64,000 bases of DNA. Origin: Candidatus Tectimicrobiota bacterium (lineage in GTDB: Bacteria; JACPUC01). Where the stretch lies: positions 1 through 64,000 of the forward strand of contig JACPUC010000026.1 of assembly GCA_016192455.1 (NCBI GenBank), read 5' to 3'. The number at the start of each line of letters is the position of its first letter. The stretch's first letter is position 1. Under the pieces are notes generated by a model that saw nothing but the letters and a program-made list of their open reading frames with translations, did not search any database and was not told where the DNA came from. The translations under genes and the position numbers were made by a program. Positions 1-11,276 of the stretch are shown here, in pieces.

Positions 1-723
<723 letters not shown>

Positions 724-848
724 TTTTCGAACATGCAGAGATTGACCTGTGCCACCCAAAAGCGGGTGAACCCAGGACGTATGTCGTCTCAACAGCCGAA
801 GCCATTGAACCGACAGGGCCTACACGCCCGTCAAGCACGCTATTCAGT

Positions 849-860
849 TTTCAAAGAGCA
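849..860 (-). promoter_or_regulatory. rrn leader boxA antitermination site
   Basis: TGCTCTTTGAAA on the minus strand between the promoter and the 16S gene. Confidence 0.85.
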
Positions 861-886
861 GGAAGCCACATTCGTGCTTATTACTT

Positions 887-914
887 AGTATAACCACCAG
901 CGTCAACGTGTCAA
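887..914 (-). promoter_or_regulatory. sigma70 rRNA promoter
   Basis: TTGACA (914-909), 16-bp spacer, TATACT (892-887). A 16-bp spacer is typical of rrn promoters. Confidence 0.85.
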
Positions 915-979
915 GGGGAAAAGACCCCCTCCCCATCCCCTTCGCCCGAAGCGGATGGGACTCTGTTGGGTGGTGGAAC

Positions 980-1031
980 TAGTATCTACACCTCTGACGG
1001 TGGGATTGCAAGCCCAAAATGCGATTTTTTT
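980..1031 (-). promoter_or_regulatory. possible upstream tandem rRNA promoter with UP element
   Basis: TTGCAA preceded by the A/T tract AAAAAAATCGCATTTT. The -10 match (TAGATA/GATACT) is weak. Confidence 0.35.
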
Positions 1032-1468
1032 CCGCCAGGGAAATTTTTCTTCGCCACGGCCTGGGTGGCGCCTCCCGGCGACCTCCCGAAACGCCCGGGC
1101 GCAGGCCCATCACCGCCCTTCCTAAAATCTCCGTAACCTCTTGTCTTTCAATCGCTCGGACCGCAACTCCGGAGTCGCCGGCAGTCTCTCCGAGGCCCAC
1201 CCCGCCTGCCGACTCTCCAGGTTGCCAAGCCGGCAGGCCCTCACTGCTGCGCGACCCGCCGCCGCTGGACTTGTTGCCCAGCGCGGGGCTGCAGCAGGCA
1301 TTCATCCTGTCGCGGAGACCTTCCCTGACCATCCCCCCCTGACCATCCCCGAGCGGCTGCGCGTCGCTGCCTCGGCAGGCATGCTGAGCAGCAACCGCCC
1401 CCGCAGGCCAAGTTCGGCGCCGACGGCCGCGGCGCGGCTGGACCCACCGTGGAGGACGAGGCGCCAGT

Positions 1469-1933
1469 TCACCCCGCGTGGGCGTTGCCCGATTGCGGCG
1501 CGGACGGCCCCCCGGCCTGGCAGGAGGCGCAAACGCCGTACAGCTCCATCTTGTGATCGGTGATCTTGAAGCCTTCGCGGTCGGCGACCTGATGCTGGAG
1601 GCGTTCGATGCCTTTATCGAAGAACTCGAGGATTGCCCCGCATCTGGTGCAGATCATATGATCGTGGTGCTGACGCACCGCCTCGTAGCGCGTTTCACCA
1701 TTGCTGAAGTGCTGCTCGACCGCCAAGCCGGAGTTGGCCACCAAGCGCATGGTGCGGTACACCGTCGCCAAGCCGATCCCCGGATGCTGCACGCGCAAGC
1801 GCTGGTACAGCTCATCGATGCTGATATGCCCGCTCGCATCCAGGAAGGCTTCAAGCACCGCCAGCCGCTGCCTGGTGAACTTCAACTTGCGGGTCGAGAT
1901 ATAGCGCTTAAACAGGGTGCGTTCATGCCGCAT
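1469..1933 (-). CDS. fur: Fur-family transcriptional regulator
   Basis: TRQRLAVL, GLATVYRT helix, HHDHMICTRCG and C-terminal CASC motifs. Start taken at MRHERT. Confidence 0.92.
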   Translation of the reverse strand: MRHERTLFKRYISTRKLKFTRQRLAVLEAFLDASGHISIDELYQRLRVQHPGIGLATVYRTMRLVANSGLAVEQHFSNGETRYEAVRQHHDHMICTRCGAILEFFDKGIERLQHQVADREGFKITDHKMELYGVCASCQAGGPSAPQSGNAHAG

Positions 1934-2136
1934 ACAAGCCCTCTCCTGGGCTGAGTATAACTCATCAGGGGGGGCAACGACAACCGCGGGCTTGACGCCG
2001 GGCACGGCCTGTCATTCAGCCGGCCGGCCCCTCCAGGGGCTCGCGGCGCGCTCCGAGAAGCCCGCGCGGGCGCCGGACCGGAAGGACCGCCGAGCTGGTT
2101 CATCCACCTGCCGGAGGTTCGGGGGCAGCGCTCCGG

Positions 2137-2469
2137 GTGCGTTTCGAGCTGCCTGACTCCCTGGAAGAAGGTACGCTGCCGAACCTGAGTTATTGGCAGG
2201 ACCAGGCATCTCTGCAACGTGGTACAAGAAGCGAAAGGGGGCGCCAGGTGCCATGCACCGCTACCGTCACACTACGCCTCGAGCTTGTCGATCGCGGCAA
2301 TCGCAGTGCGGAGGAGTATCGGCAGCACCTGGAGACGGAGGTGCTGCGTCACCTTGTCATGCTGCGCGGTTGGCTGGAGGGACGGCGCATCTACTTCGCC
2401 AACCCGCATCCCTCCCTGCGCATCGAAATCGAGGAGGCAGGCCAGGAGGCGGCGAACGAGGGGGGCTGA
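2137..2469 (+). CDS. hypothetical protein
   Basis: 110-aa ORF with protein-like composition filling the gap between fur and the ridA-family gene. No family recognised. Confidence 0.45.
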   Translation: MRFELPDSLEEGTLPNLSYWQDQASLQRGTRSERGRQVPCTATVTLRLELVDRGNRSAEEYRQHLETEVLRHLVMLRGWLEGRRIYFANPHPSLRIEIEEAGQEAANEGG

Positions 2470-2482
2470 GCCGCAGGATCTC

Positions 2483-2893
2483 TCAGGTGTCGAGCGCGGC
2501 GATCGCCTCCACTTCAATGAGGTAATCGGGATACGCCAGGCTGGTGACCACGAGGAGGGTATGAGGTGGGTAGGCGCCGCTGGGGTAGTACTCTTGAAAC
2601 AGCTCGTGGCGCAGGCGTGCGAACTTCTTCACGTACGCGTAGTGGGTGAGGTAGGTGCGGAACTGCACGACGTTGGTAAAATCGGCCCCCTCCGCATGCA
2701 ACACAGCGGCCAGATTGGCGAAGACCTGACGGGCCTGCGCTTCAAAGTCGTGCTTCCCCACTAGAACCCCGTTGGCGTCCAAGGGCACTTGACCAGAAAT
2801 GATGAGCAAGCTGCCGCGCGTCACGCGAACGGCATGGGAGTAATCGCTTCGGGGAGGGGCGATCCCCGGCGCTTGCACAACTCGCTTCTCCAT
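2483..2893 (-). CDS. RidA/YjgF/UK114 family protein
   Basis: YSHAV, ISGQVPLD, QARQVFANL, YPPHTL and IEVEAIA motifs. Start at MEKRVV after GGGAG. Confidence 0.9.
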   Translation of the reverse strand: MEKRVVQAPGIAPPRSDYSHAVRVTRGSLLIISGQVPLDANGVLVGKHDFEAQARQVFANLAAVLHAEGADFTNVVQFRTYLTHYAYVKKFARLRHELFQEYYPSGAYPPHTLLVVTSLAYPDYLIEVEAIAALDT

Positions 2894-3612
2894 GCGACTC
2901 CCCTTTCCCGGCCAGCGCCTTAGCACCGGCGGCAAGCGTGTCCGTAGTGTCCCTTTTCCGGCATTCCCAGGCGGAATCAACCGGCATCGTGAGGCGTATC
3001 CGTGATGGGGACCGCACCTCCCCTCTACCCCTCGTCCGCCTCACCGCAGAGATACCACAGATCTGCTGGTTTCGCCCAGCGGGGTGGCGCCGAACGTCTC
3101 CTGGCGCGTCTCTCCGAAGCTCAGCGAACGATGGGCAGGAGGGACCGGGGAACTCTTTTTCGCGCCGCAGGAACAGCTTGAACTTATCTTAACTTGCGAG
3201 GACGAACCACTTGTGGCATAAATGATTTTCGTCTCGATTGGTTGCGCCGGGGGGAACAGGCAAGGAAACGGGTCCCCTCTTGGACCTGGAGGGGAACGGA
3301 AGCTCTCCGCAGCCTCTTGTCGGTTTATCAAACGCTGGGCGCGAGACTGCTCCATGCCACTCATTGACCGCATCGCTCGGCGGTTTGCCCGATAGCCGCC
3401 GAGGACGTCAAGGACATGGCTGGACCTTTGCGGTATGCAGCCCCTAGTTTCCCGCCGTGCGTTCTCCCCCTGGGAAGAAGCGGCAGAGGCGTGCGCGCGC
3501 AAGGCGCTTCCTCGCCTGCTGCTCCTGGAGGGTAAGGAGTGCCTCCTTCACTGCGCGCTGGCCGGCCGAGTGGGAAAGCTGCGCCTCGCAGGTGGATCGC
3601 AGAGGAAGCGTG

Positions 3613-3885
3613 ATGGGAAAGGTGATCGATGCGGCAAATCGCTTCAGGCGCGGTTGCAGCAACTGTGCTGAGCTGACGGTTCGAGACAAGGTGCCTTACT
3701 GCCGGGCGGAGATGCAGGCGGCCCTGGCGGCCAGGCTGCCAGTCACGCCCCTGTTTGGCGATGAGAGTTATAGCTGTGGCGACCGCTACCTCCCGAAGCA
3801 CCTGGAGCGCAGACGGCATCAGCGCCGCACGCAGGAGAGGAAACGAAACCTGTCGATGGGATCACCAGGCGAGCCCCGGTGCTGA
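3613..3885 (+). CDS. small cysteine-containing hypothetical protein
   Basis: GAGGAAG RBS, then MGKVIDAANRF...CSNC...YC...SC with a basic tail. Confidence 0.55.
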   Translation: MGKVIDAANRFRRGCSNCAELTVRDKVPYCRAEMQAALAARLPVTPLFGDESYSCGDRYLPKHLERRRHQRRTQERKRNLSMGSPGEPRC

Positions 3886-4000
3886 GCACAATCCGCCGGC
3901 GGCGCCGCGTCAGCCGCCGGGCCAATTTGCCTGTGCCACGGGGCCTGCAGCGACACCACACCGCGTTCCCTATGCTGGAGCATCCAAGAGGAGTGGGGGT

Positions 4001-4828
4001 ATGACCAGAGAGGGCACTGAACACCTCGACGAGGTCCGGCTCCAAAAACTTGCCCGCAACAAGGAGCGCTTCGCCAGGTTCTGCAGCACAATCGTCGACC
4101 TTCAGGTCTCGATCCGGGATCTCAAGCAGGAATGTGCCGATCTCGAAGAGCAGATCGCCGTTGTGAATCAGGAGATCGCCCGCCACACCACCGACTACCA
4201 GGGGCTTTCGCCGCTGCTCGATGATCTCACCAGGATGTTCGAGGACGCGAAGAGCGGCATCGGCGTGGAGGGGGAACCGCATCGCGACGATGACGGGGGG
4301 AGGAGGTCTCAACGCCGCGCCTCCAAGACGGCGGCATCCCCGCGTGAGGATCAGCAGCGACACCCACCTGGACCGGTGTCGCCACGCCGCACAGCAGCCG
4401 CCCCGAGTGCGGAGTCGGCAAGCCGGGCCTCGGAATCGGCGGCAGGAGAGGGACTGCTGCCGATGGCAGAGCTCGATGATATCAGCAGCGAAACCGCGCA
4501 CGTGGCGGATGATGCCGAGAAACCACGCAGTTCCGAACGCCCTCCTGGGCGCACCACACCCTCCCGCGCCGCCGACAAGCCGTGGCTGCGCGCCGCGGAA
4601 CACGCCCGGCGCCTGCGCGAGCAGTCCGAAACCGTGAAGGCCGACCAAAGCCCGCCGAAGCCGATTCAGCCGATTGTCGACGAGGCGGTCGCCGACACTC
4701 CTGAGGCTGAAGAAAAAAGCGAGGACTTCGATATCGGCCGGGCCTTGAAGCACTTCAACCAGGATGCCAACAAGAAGAATCGCAGTCTGCTCAACAAGGT
4801 CTTCGGCAAGAAGCAATTTGACGTATGA
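4001..4828 (+). CDS. hypothetical protein (N-terminal coiled coil, disordered middle)
   Basis: GAGGAG RBS; heptad pattern IVDLQVSIRDLKQECADLEEQIAVVNQEI; ATGA overlap with cutA. Confidence 0.7.
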   Translation: MTREGTEHLDEVRLQKLARNKERFARFCSTIVDLQVSIRDLKQECADLEEQIAVVNQEIARHTTDYQGLSPLLDDLTRMFEDAKSGIGVEGEPHRDDDGGRRSQRRASKTAASPREDQQRHPPGPVSPRRTAAAPSAESASRASESAAGEGLLPMAELDDISSETAHVADDAEKPRSSERPPGRTTPSRAADKPWLRAAEHARRLREQSETVKADQSPPKPIQPIVDEAVADTPEAEEKSEDFDIGRALKHFNQDANKKNRSLLNKVFGKKQFDV

Positions 4829-5178
4829 GCCCCGAGGCCTCTCGGCACGTCGTCGTCTACGTTACCTGCGGCTCGCAGCAGGAGGCCAGCCGCATCGCGC
4901 ACGACCTCGTGGAGCAGAGGCTAATCGCCTGCGCCAACGTCGTGCCCGGCATCACCTCGGTGTACCGCTGGGAGGGGACCGTTCACACCGATCCCGAAGT
5001 TCTCCTCATCGCCAAGACACGCCGCGATCTCTTTGAGGCGATCACCCGCCGCGTCCGGGACCTGCACTCGTACGACCTTCCGGAGATCATTGCCCTGCCC
5101 CTGGAGGCCGGCCTCCCCGGCTACCTGCAGTGGATCGATGACGCCTGCCGCCGCCCCGAGTCGCCGTCATCGCCCTGA
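4825..5178 (+). CDS. cutA: divalent-cation tolerance protein CutA
   Basis: VVYVTC, LIACANVVPGITSVYRWEG and HSYDLPEIIALP motifs. Confidence 0.95.
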   Translation: MSPEASRHVVVYVTCGSQQEASRIAHDLVEQRLIACANVVPGITSVYRWEGTVHTDPEVLLIAKTRRDLFEAITRRVRDLHSYDLPEIIALPLEAGLPGYLQWIDDACRRPESPSSP

Positions 5179-5416
5179 CCCGGAGGCGCTCCCGGCAGAG
5201 GGAGCGCGGCGCGCGCTCAGCCAGGCCATCCATCCATGTCGCCAACAAGCCAGGGCAAGCAGGGTGGACTCCATGCCGCTCTTCCCTCCGTGGCGTATCC
5301 TCTCCAGGCTGCCGGCGCGGAGTTGACCACATCCTCCCACCTGGCATTCCCATCCCGAACTGCCTACAATCACTACAGGTGACGCCGCGAAATTTTCCGA
5401 GGAGAAGGATCACAGC

Positions 5417-7687
5417 ATGACGACCATGAACCTCGAGATGATCGAGAGGGCGTACGCCGAGGTTCCGCAGCGGCTCGCCGGCGCGCGGGCGCTACTGCGC
5501 CGCCCGCTGACCTACGCCGAGAAGGTGCTCTACGCGCATGCCTGGGCGCCGCCGAGCACGCCGTGCCAGCGGGGCGTGGACTACGTGGACTTTCGTCCCG
5601 ACCGCGTCGCCATGCAGGATGCCACCGCCCAGATGGCGCTGCTGCAGTTCATCAGCGCCGGCATCCCGCGCGTGGCCGCACCCACGACGGTGCATTGCGA
5701 CCATCTCATCCAGGCCGAGCACGGCGCCGCCCGCGACCTGCTGGCCGCCGCCGACGCCAACCGCGAGGTGTACGAGTTCCTCGCCTCGGTGTCGCGCAAG
5801 TACGGCATCGGCTTCTGGAAGCCGGGCGCCGGCATCATCCACCAGGTGGTGCTGGAGAACTACGCCTTCCCCGGCGGCATGATGATCGGCACCGATTCGC
5901 ACACGCCGAACGCCGGCGGCCTGGGGATGCTGGCGATCGGCGTCGGCGGCGCCGACGCGGTGGACGTGATGTCGGGCCTGCCGTGGGAGCTGAAGTTCCC
6001 CACTCTCATCGGCGTGCGGCTCACCGGCGCCCTGAGCGGCTGGACCTCCCCGAAGGACGTGATCCTGGCCCTGGCCGGCATCCTCACCGTGAAGGGGGGC
6101 ACGGGCGCCATCGTGGAGTACTTCGGCGACGGCTGCCGCTCCATCTCCGCCACCGGCAAGGGAACCATCTGCAACATGGGGGCGGAGATCGGCGCCACCG
6201 CTTCGGTCTTCCCCTACGACGCCAAGATGCAGGCCTACCTGAAGGCAACGGGCCGCGCCGACGTGGCGGCCCTGGCGGACGCCGTCGCCGAGCACCTGCG
6301 GGCCGACCCGGAAGTCGAGGCCGAGGCGGAGCGCTTCTTCGACAAGGTCATCCACATCGACCTCAGCAGCCTCGAGCCCCACATCAACGGCCCCTTCTCA
6401 CCCGATCGCGCCCATCCCCTGTCGAAGTTCGCCCAGGCCGTGCGGCAGAACGGCTGGCCCGACGAGCTGCGCGCGGCGCTCATCGGCTCGTGCACGAATT
6501 CGAGCTACGAGGATATCGACCGCGTCGCCGCGCTGGCCCGGCAAGCCAAGGCGGCGGGCCTGAAGACCCGCGCCCAGCTCATCATCACGCCGGGCTCCGA
6601 GCAGGTGCGCGCCACCATCGAACGCGATGGCCAGCTTGCGCTCCTGCGGGAGATCGGCGCCAGCGTGCTTGCCAATGCCTGCGGGCCATGCATCGGCCAG
6701 TGGACGCGCCACGACGTGCAGAAAGGGGAGGCGAACTCGATCGTCACCTCCTTCAACCGCAACTTCAGCGGCCGCAACGACGGCAACCCCAACACGCACG
6801 CCTTCGTCGCCAGCCCCGAGACGGTGGCGGCCCTGGCCTTGGCGGGGCGGTTGACGTTCGACTTTCGACGCGACACCCTGCGCCTGGAGGATGGTAGGCA
6901 GGTGCGGCTGGAGCCGCCCAGCGGCGAGGAACTGCCGGAGAAAGGATTCCTGCCCGACCCGGAAGGCTTCGCGCCGCCCGCGGAGGATGGCGCCGAGGTG
7001 AAGATCGTCGTCGATCCGAAGAGCGAGCGGCTGCAGCTCCTGGCGCCGTTCGCGCCGCCCAGGGCGGAGGAGTTCGCGGACCTGGCGGTGCTCCTGAAGG
7101 CAAAGGGCAAGTGCACCACCGACCACATCTCCATGGCCGGGCCCTGGCTGCGCTACCGGGGCCACCTCGACAACATCTCGAACAACCTCCTCATCGGCGC
7201 CACGAACGCCTTCACCAGCGCCACGAACAAGGCGAAGAACCAGCTCGCCGGCGCCTACGACGAGGTGCCGCGGGTGGCGCGCGCCTACAAGGCGGCGAAC
7301 CTGGGGTGGGTGGTCATCGGCGACGAGAACTACGGCGAAGGCTCCAGCCGCGAGCACGCCGCCATGGAGCCGCGCTACCTCGGCGGCAAGGCGATCATCG
7401 TCAAGTCCTTCGCCCGCATCCACGAGGCGAACCTGAAGAAGCAGGGCCTCCTGCCGCTGACCTTCGCCGAGCCGGCGGACTACGAGAAGGTGCGCGAGGA
7501 TGACCGCGTCAGCCTGAACCTGGCCGAGCTGGCCCCCGGCGCGCCGCTGACGATGACCCTGAAGCACAAGGACGGCGCCGTGGAGAGGGTGCGGCTCAAC
7601 CACACCCTGAACGCCCAACAGATCGACTGGTTCCGCGCGGGAAGCGCGCTGAACGCGGTGCGGGGGAAGAGCGCGGGGGGGGAGTGA
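5417..7687 (+). CDS. acnA: aconitate hydratase (mitochondrial-type)
   Basis: [52 protein letters not shown] and GSSREHAA motifs; 756 aa. Confidence 0.96.
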   Translation: MTTMNLEMIERAYAEVPQRLAGARALLRRPLTYAEKVLYAHAWAPPSTPCQRGVDYVDFRPDRVAMQDATAQMALLQFISAGIPRVAAPTTVHCDHLIQAEHGAARDLLAAADANREVYEFLASVSRKYGIGFWKPGAGIIHQVVLENYAFPGGMMIGTDSHTPNAGGLGMLAIGVGGADAVDVMSGLPWELKFPTLIGVRLTGALSGWTSPKDVILALAGILTVKGGTGAIVEYFGDGCRSISATGKGTICNMGAEIGATASVFPYDAKMQAYLKATGRADVAALADAVAEHLRADPEVEAEAERFFDKVIHIDLSSLEPHINGPFSPDRAHPLSKFAQAVRQNGWPDELRAALIGSCTNSSYEDIDRVAALARQAKAAGLKTRAQLIITPGSEQVRATIERDGQLALLREIGASVLANACGPCIGQWTRHDVQKGEANSIVTSFNRNFSGRNDGNPNTHAFVASPETVAALALAGRLTFDFRRDTLRLEDGRQVRLEPPSGEELPEKGFLPDPEGFAPPAEDGAEVKIVVDPKSERLQLLAPFAPPRAEEFADLAVLLKAKGKCTTDHISMAGPWLRYRGHLDNISNNLLIGATNAFTSATNKAKNQLAGAYDEVPRVARAYKAANLGWVVIGDENYGEGSSREHAAMEPRYLGGKAIIVKSFARIHEANLKKQGLLPLTFAEPADYEKVREDDRVSLNLAELAPGAPLTMTLKHKDGAVERVRLNHTLNAQQIDWFRAGSALNAVRGKSAGGE

Positions 7688-7699
7688 CGCAGGGTTGGT

Positions 7700-8698
7700 T
7701 CAATTCGGGCTGCGCCCGGGCGCCGCGAGCTCGCGCCCGGCAACCTTGGCGGCGATCTTGGGGAGACTGTGGAGCACGGTCTCCCCGATTATCTGCAGGC
7801 TCTTCGCGCTGAGCTTGTCGAGGGTGTCGTGGGGGGTGTGCCAGAAGGGGCCGGGAGAGGACGCGCCGCCGTAGGTGAAGTCGAGGAGATCGAGGGCGGG
7901 GATGCCGGCGGCGAGGAAGGGGATGTGGTCGTCCTCCACCTCCATGCTGGGACCGCTGAAGGCCGCGGCGTGTCCCAGCTCCGCGGCGCTCCGCCAGACG
8001 AGATCGCGCAGCCAGGGGGTCGAGCGGCGCTCGCGCACCACGTCGAGCCGCGCGTCGCCGATCATGTCCAGGTTGATCATCGCTTGCAGCGCGTCCGGGG
8101 GAAGTCCGTCGCCCGCCAGGCGCCCGCGCTTCAGCTCCTCGACGAAGTGGCGGCTGCCATAGAGGGAGTCGGTGGGGCTCCAGTTCAGGAGCGCCTCTTC
8201 ACCGTCGAAGAAGAGGAACCAGGCGGTCGCGGGGCGTTCCTCCGGGCGGCGCCGCGCCAGCACCCGCGCCAGCTCGAGCAAAACGCCGACCGCGGAGGCG
8301 CTGTCATTGGCGCCGACGAAGCGGAAATTCAAGAAGAGCTTGGACTCGTAGTGGGCGCCAAAGCCAATGGCCTCCGGCCGCTCTCCCGGCAGGACGGCGA
8401 GGAGGTTCACCATCGGTTTCGGTCCCAGCGGCGTGCGCGCCGTGAAGGGCTGCTCGCGCACCGCCAGGCCGAGGGACCGCAGCTCGGCGCGGAGGTAGGC
8501 CCTCGTCTGGGTCAGGGCTTCCGAGCCTACCGGGCGGGGGCCGAAGCTCACGATGCGCTCGACGTGCCGCATGGCGCGCTCGCCCTCGAAGCCGAGTCGG
8601 GCTCCTGCTGCCGGGAGCGATCCCTCCTGCGTGCCGCAGGCGGCAAGCAGAGGCACCGCGAAGACGAGGACGATCCCTACGAAGAGGCGTGAGCGCAT
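7700..8698 (-). CDS. M28-family metallopeptidase / glutaminyl-cyclase-like lipoprotein
   Basis: Lipobox LLAAC; AHYESK, GANDSAS, FDGEE, DSLYGSR, LDMIG, EDDH and WHT motifs. Confidence 0.85.
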   Translation of the reverse strand: MRSRLFVGIVLVFAVPLLAACGTQEGSLPAAGARLGFEGERAMRHVERIVSFGPRPVGSEALTQTRAYLRAELRSLGLAVREQPFTARTPLGPKPMVNLLAVLPGERPEAIGFGAHYESKLFLNFRFVGANDSASAVGVLLELARVLARRRPEERPATAWFLFFDGEEALLNWSPTDSLYGSRHFVEELKRGRLAGDGLPPDALQAMINLDMIGDARLDVVRERRSTPWLRDLVWRSAAELGHAAAFSGPSMEVEDDHIPFLAAGIPALDLLDFTYGGASSPGPFWHTPHDTLDKLSAKSLQIIGETVLHSLPKIAAKVAGRELAAPGRSPN

Positions 8699-8823
8699 CG
8701 TTCAGCTCGGTTTCCGAGAGGAGCACGGCGCTGAAGTCCGCGGCATCCGGCGGACGTCACGGTGTGGGGTCTCAGCGTAGCAGCTTCGAATGGCCGCCCA
8801 CCGCCGGCTCCCGGCGGCGGCCC

Positions 8824-11058
8824 TCACTCGCCGCCAAGCGTGGTCGCGTACCAGGCGCCCCGCTCCGTGAGCGCATAACCCCGCGGCGCGCGGCGCAGCA
8901 GCCCCTGCCTGGCCTCCATCTCATGCAGGAGCCGTCCCAGGTTCACTTCGCTACGCTCCTCCGCCAGGAGCGCCTGCAGGGCCGCCTCGTCGCAGCCCGC
9001 TCCGCCAGCCTCCGCTTGCTCCCCAGCCGCTTCCGCGAGCCGCGCCAGGTGCGCAAGAATCCGCCTCTCCGCCCGCGCATAAGGGTGGGAGGCATCCTTG
9101 AGCCTGCGCAGGAGGAGGCGCAGCGCCTCCTCTCCGGCGGCGTCGAGCAGCCGCGCCAGCTCCGCCGCGCCGCGTACGTTCACGCCGGTCTTCTCCTCGG
9201 TGCCGGAGTTGCGCGCGAAGACGCCGACCAGCAGGCGCTCCGCTGCATCATGGACGCCGAGGTAGAGCATGTCCGGCTCTTCGGGGAACTCGAGGCGGCG
9301 CACCGTGCACGGCTCTTGCGGCCGCTCGAGGCGCAGCCCTTCCGCGAGCTGCCGGCGCAGCAGCTCCTCGACCGCCACCCACGCCGGCGAGCCGCGCTGG
9401 AACTCGGCCTTGCGCGTGTAGTAGGCGTAGAACGTGCGCTTGTGACCCGGCGCGAAGGGGTGCGCCAGGAGCGCCGGACGCCGGCGCGGCTCGCAGTCGC
9501 GCAGCAGCCGCTGAGTGGCGGCGAAGGTGTTGATGGCGCTCTTCAAGCCGTTGCCGAGGAAGACCGGCAGCTCGCGGCCGTCCAGGCAGCGCGCGACTCC
9601 GGCGGTGATGCAGTGCCCTGTCTCCTCGCTGCCGATCGCGAAGGGAATCGCCCCCGGCTGCAGAAGCGCCGCCGGCGCCGCTTTAGCCGCGATTTGCGTC
9701 AGAAGCCGACTGAGGCGGGCGCCATCCACGTCCGGGTCTGTAGTGAGGGCGTCGGCGAGCCGGCAAAGCTCCACCAGCTCCCAAACAGGCTGGTCGGGTT
9801 TCGCGGCCTCGGCCATAGCCCGCAGGTAGGCACGCCAGGCGCGCAGGAGGAGCCACTTGTCCCCCACCCCCGTGAGCGCCGTCGAGAAGCCGAGCGCGGC
9901 GGCATGGTGCGCCGCGTTCAGATCGCTCTCCACGGTGTTGACGAAGAGGGCGCCGCGCCACGCTTCGCCATGGCGGCGCAGGTAGGCCGCCTGGTGGCAG
10001 GCGATCTCATCGCCGGAGAGCACCAGGAGGCGATCTTGAACGGCGTCATACTCGACGGCGTAGAAGCGGTCGCCGTCGGCATCGAAGACCGCCGCCGCCA
10101 CGCGCACCTCCCCGGCCTGCACCGCGGCACGTCGTTGCCGCCCCTCCGCGAAGAGACGCCGCAGGGCCTCGTGCTTGGCGAACGGCCCCTCCGCCTCGTG
10201 CACCATCGCCGCGGTGATGATCGCTGTACCTTCCAGGTCGGCGACGCCGCTGTTCAGGTTCACCTCGCCGCACAGACTGGTGTTGACGGGGATGACCTGC
10301 GCGCCCAGCTCCGCCAGGATCGGCGCCGCCAACTCGGAGAGGGCGCCGTTGGCGGTATCGACGACGAGGACCAGGTTGCGGAGCTCGTCGGGCACGGCAG
10401 GAGCATCACCGTCAAGCCAGGAGTTGCGGGGATCGAGGCAGAACCGGCGGAAGACCTCGACCGCCTCGGCATGCTCATCGAGGTAGTCGCCAATGCAGGT
10501 GAGCGCCGCCACCGCATCGTTGGAAGCGCCGCAGACGGCCTTAGTCAGGCGGCGATCATCGGCGGGGAAGAGCTTCAGTCCCTGCGCCGCAAGGAAGAGC
10601 TTGATGCCGTTCTGGTCCGGGCCGTTGTGCGAGGCGGTGATGACGATGGCGCCGGCGGCGTTGCGCGCCACCATGTAGAGCGCCACCGCCGGCGTCGGCA
10701 GAATGCCCACATCCACGACTGCGGCTCCCGCCTTGCGCACGCCCGCAAGCACCGCCTCGACGAAGCGCCGCGACGGGTCGCGGGGATCGTAACCCACCAC
10801 GATCGCGTCGCCGCGCCGCGCCGCGCCCGACTCGATGAGGGAGGCGACGTGGCAATAGCAGTAAAACTCCATGAACTGTTCGGTGATGAGGTCGCGCTCG
10901 AGGTAGGCCCGCAGCGGTGTCAGGCCGCCGACGCGCGGATCGCCGCCGAGCGCCGTTTGCCGGCGAATGCCGTCGGTTCCCTGCAGCCGGTCGACGGGGA
11001 GCCGAGGCTCGGCCCCCGCCTGCTGCGCGCTCGCTGTGTCGGTCCTGCGCTGCATCAT
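8824..11058 (-). CDS. alpha-D-phosphohexomutase (GlmM/PMM-like), extended
   Basis: GTDGIR, ITASHN (phosphoserine loop), FDADGDR (metal loop), GSEETGH and RNSGTE motifs. Start chosen downstream of the promoter at 11102-11130. Confidence 0.85.
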   Translation of the reverse strand: MMQRRTDTASAQQAGAEPRLPVDRLQGTDGIRRQTALGGDPRVGGLTPLRAYLERDLITEQFMEFYCYCHVASLIESGAARRGDAIVVGYDPRDPSRRFVEAVLAGVRKAGAAVVDVGILPTPAVALYMVARNAAGAIVITASHNGPDQNGIKLFLAAQGLKLFPADDRRLTKAVCGASNDAVAALTCIGDYLDEHAEAVEVFRRFCLDPRNSWLDGDAPAVPDELRNLVLVVDTANGALSELAAPILAELGAQVIPVNTSLCGEVNLNSGVADLEGTAIITAAMVHEAEGPFAKHEALRRLFAEGRQRRAAVQAGEVRVAAAVFDADGDRFYAVEYDAVQDRLLVLSGDEIACHQAAYLRRHGEAWRGALFVNTVESDLNAAHHAAALGFSTALTGVGDKWLLLRAWRAYLRAMAEAAKPDQPVWELVELCRLADALTTDPDVDGARLSRLLTQIAAKAAPAALLQPGAIPFAIGSEETGHCITAGVARCLDGRELPVFLGNGLKSAINTFAATQRLLRDCEPRRRPALLAHPFAPGHKRTFYAYYTRKAEFQRGSPAWVAVEELLRRQLAEGLRLERPQEPCTVRRLEFPEEPDMLYLGVHDAAERLLVGVFARNSGTEEKTGVNVRGAAELARLLDAAGEEALRLLLRRLKDASHPYARAERRILAHLARLAEAAGEQAEAGGAGCDEAALQALLAEERSEVNLGRLLHEMEARQGLLRRAPRGYALTERGAWYATTLGGE

Positions 11059-11101
11059 CCCGCGCGCCCTCGGAAGCTTGACGGAGCAAGGGTGAGCTTC
11101 T

Positions 11102-11130
11102 ATCATAGCCCCGCGTAAAGGGGTTCGCAA
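11102..11130 (-). promoter_or_regulatory. putative sigma70 promoter of the phosphohexomutase gene
   Basis: TTGCGA-17 bp-TATGAT on the minus strand. Confidence 0.55.
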
Positions 11131-11276
11131 AACCGCCCAGCGCGTTTGCGTGCAGTTGCGTCTCTGTCAAGAAACCTGGCGCCCGGCGTGCGCCGGAGCG
11201 TGCTGGATGGGAATGGCGGGGTGACGCGGGGTCGCCGGCTTCGCGCTCGTTCCCGGCCAGCGAAAGGGGATCGCGT

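Noticed and set aside
1323-1350. 14-bp tandem duplication CCCTGACCATCCCC
   Set aside because: Two copies in a C-rich tract; probably slippage with no evident function.
3218-3240. Possible Fur box (AAATGATTTTCGTCTCGATT)
   Set aside because: Only a partial match with poor symmetry; cannot be supported by eye.
3370-3455. Possible c-di-GMP-I riboswitch (GGCAAACC / CGCAAAG on the minus strand)
   Set aside because: Motif order and spacing do not fit, and there is no GAAA tetraloop stem.
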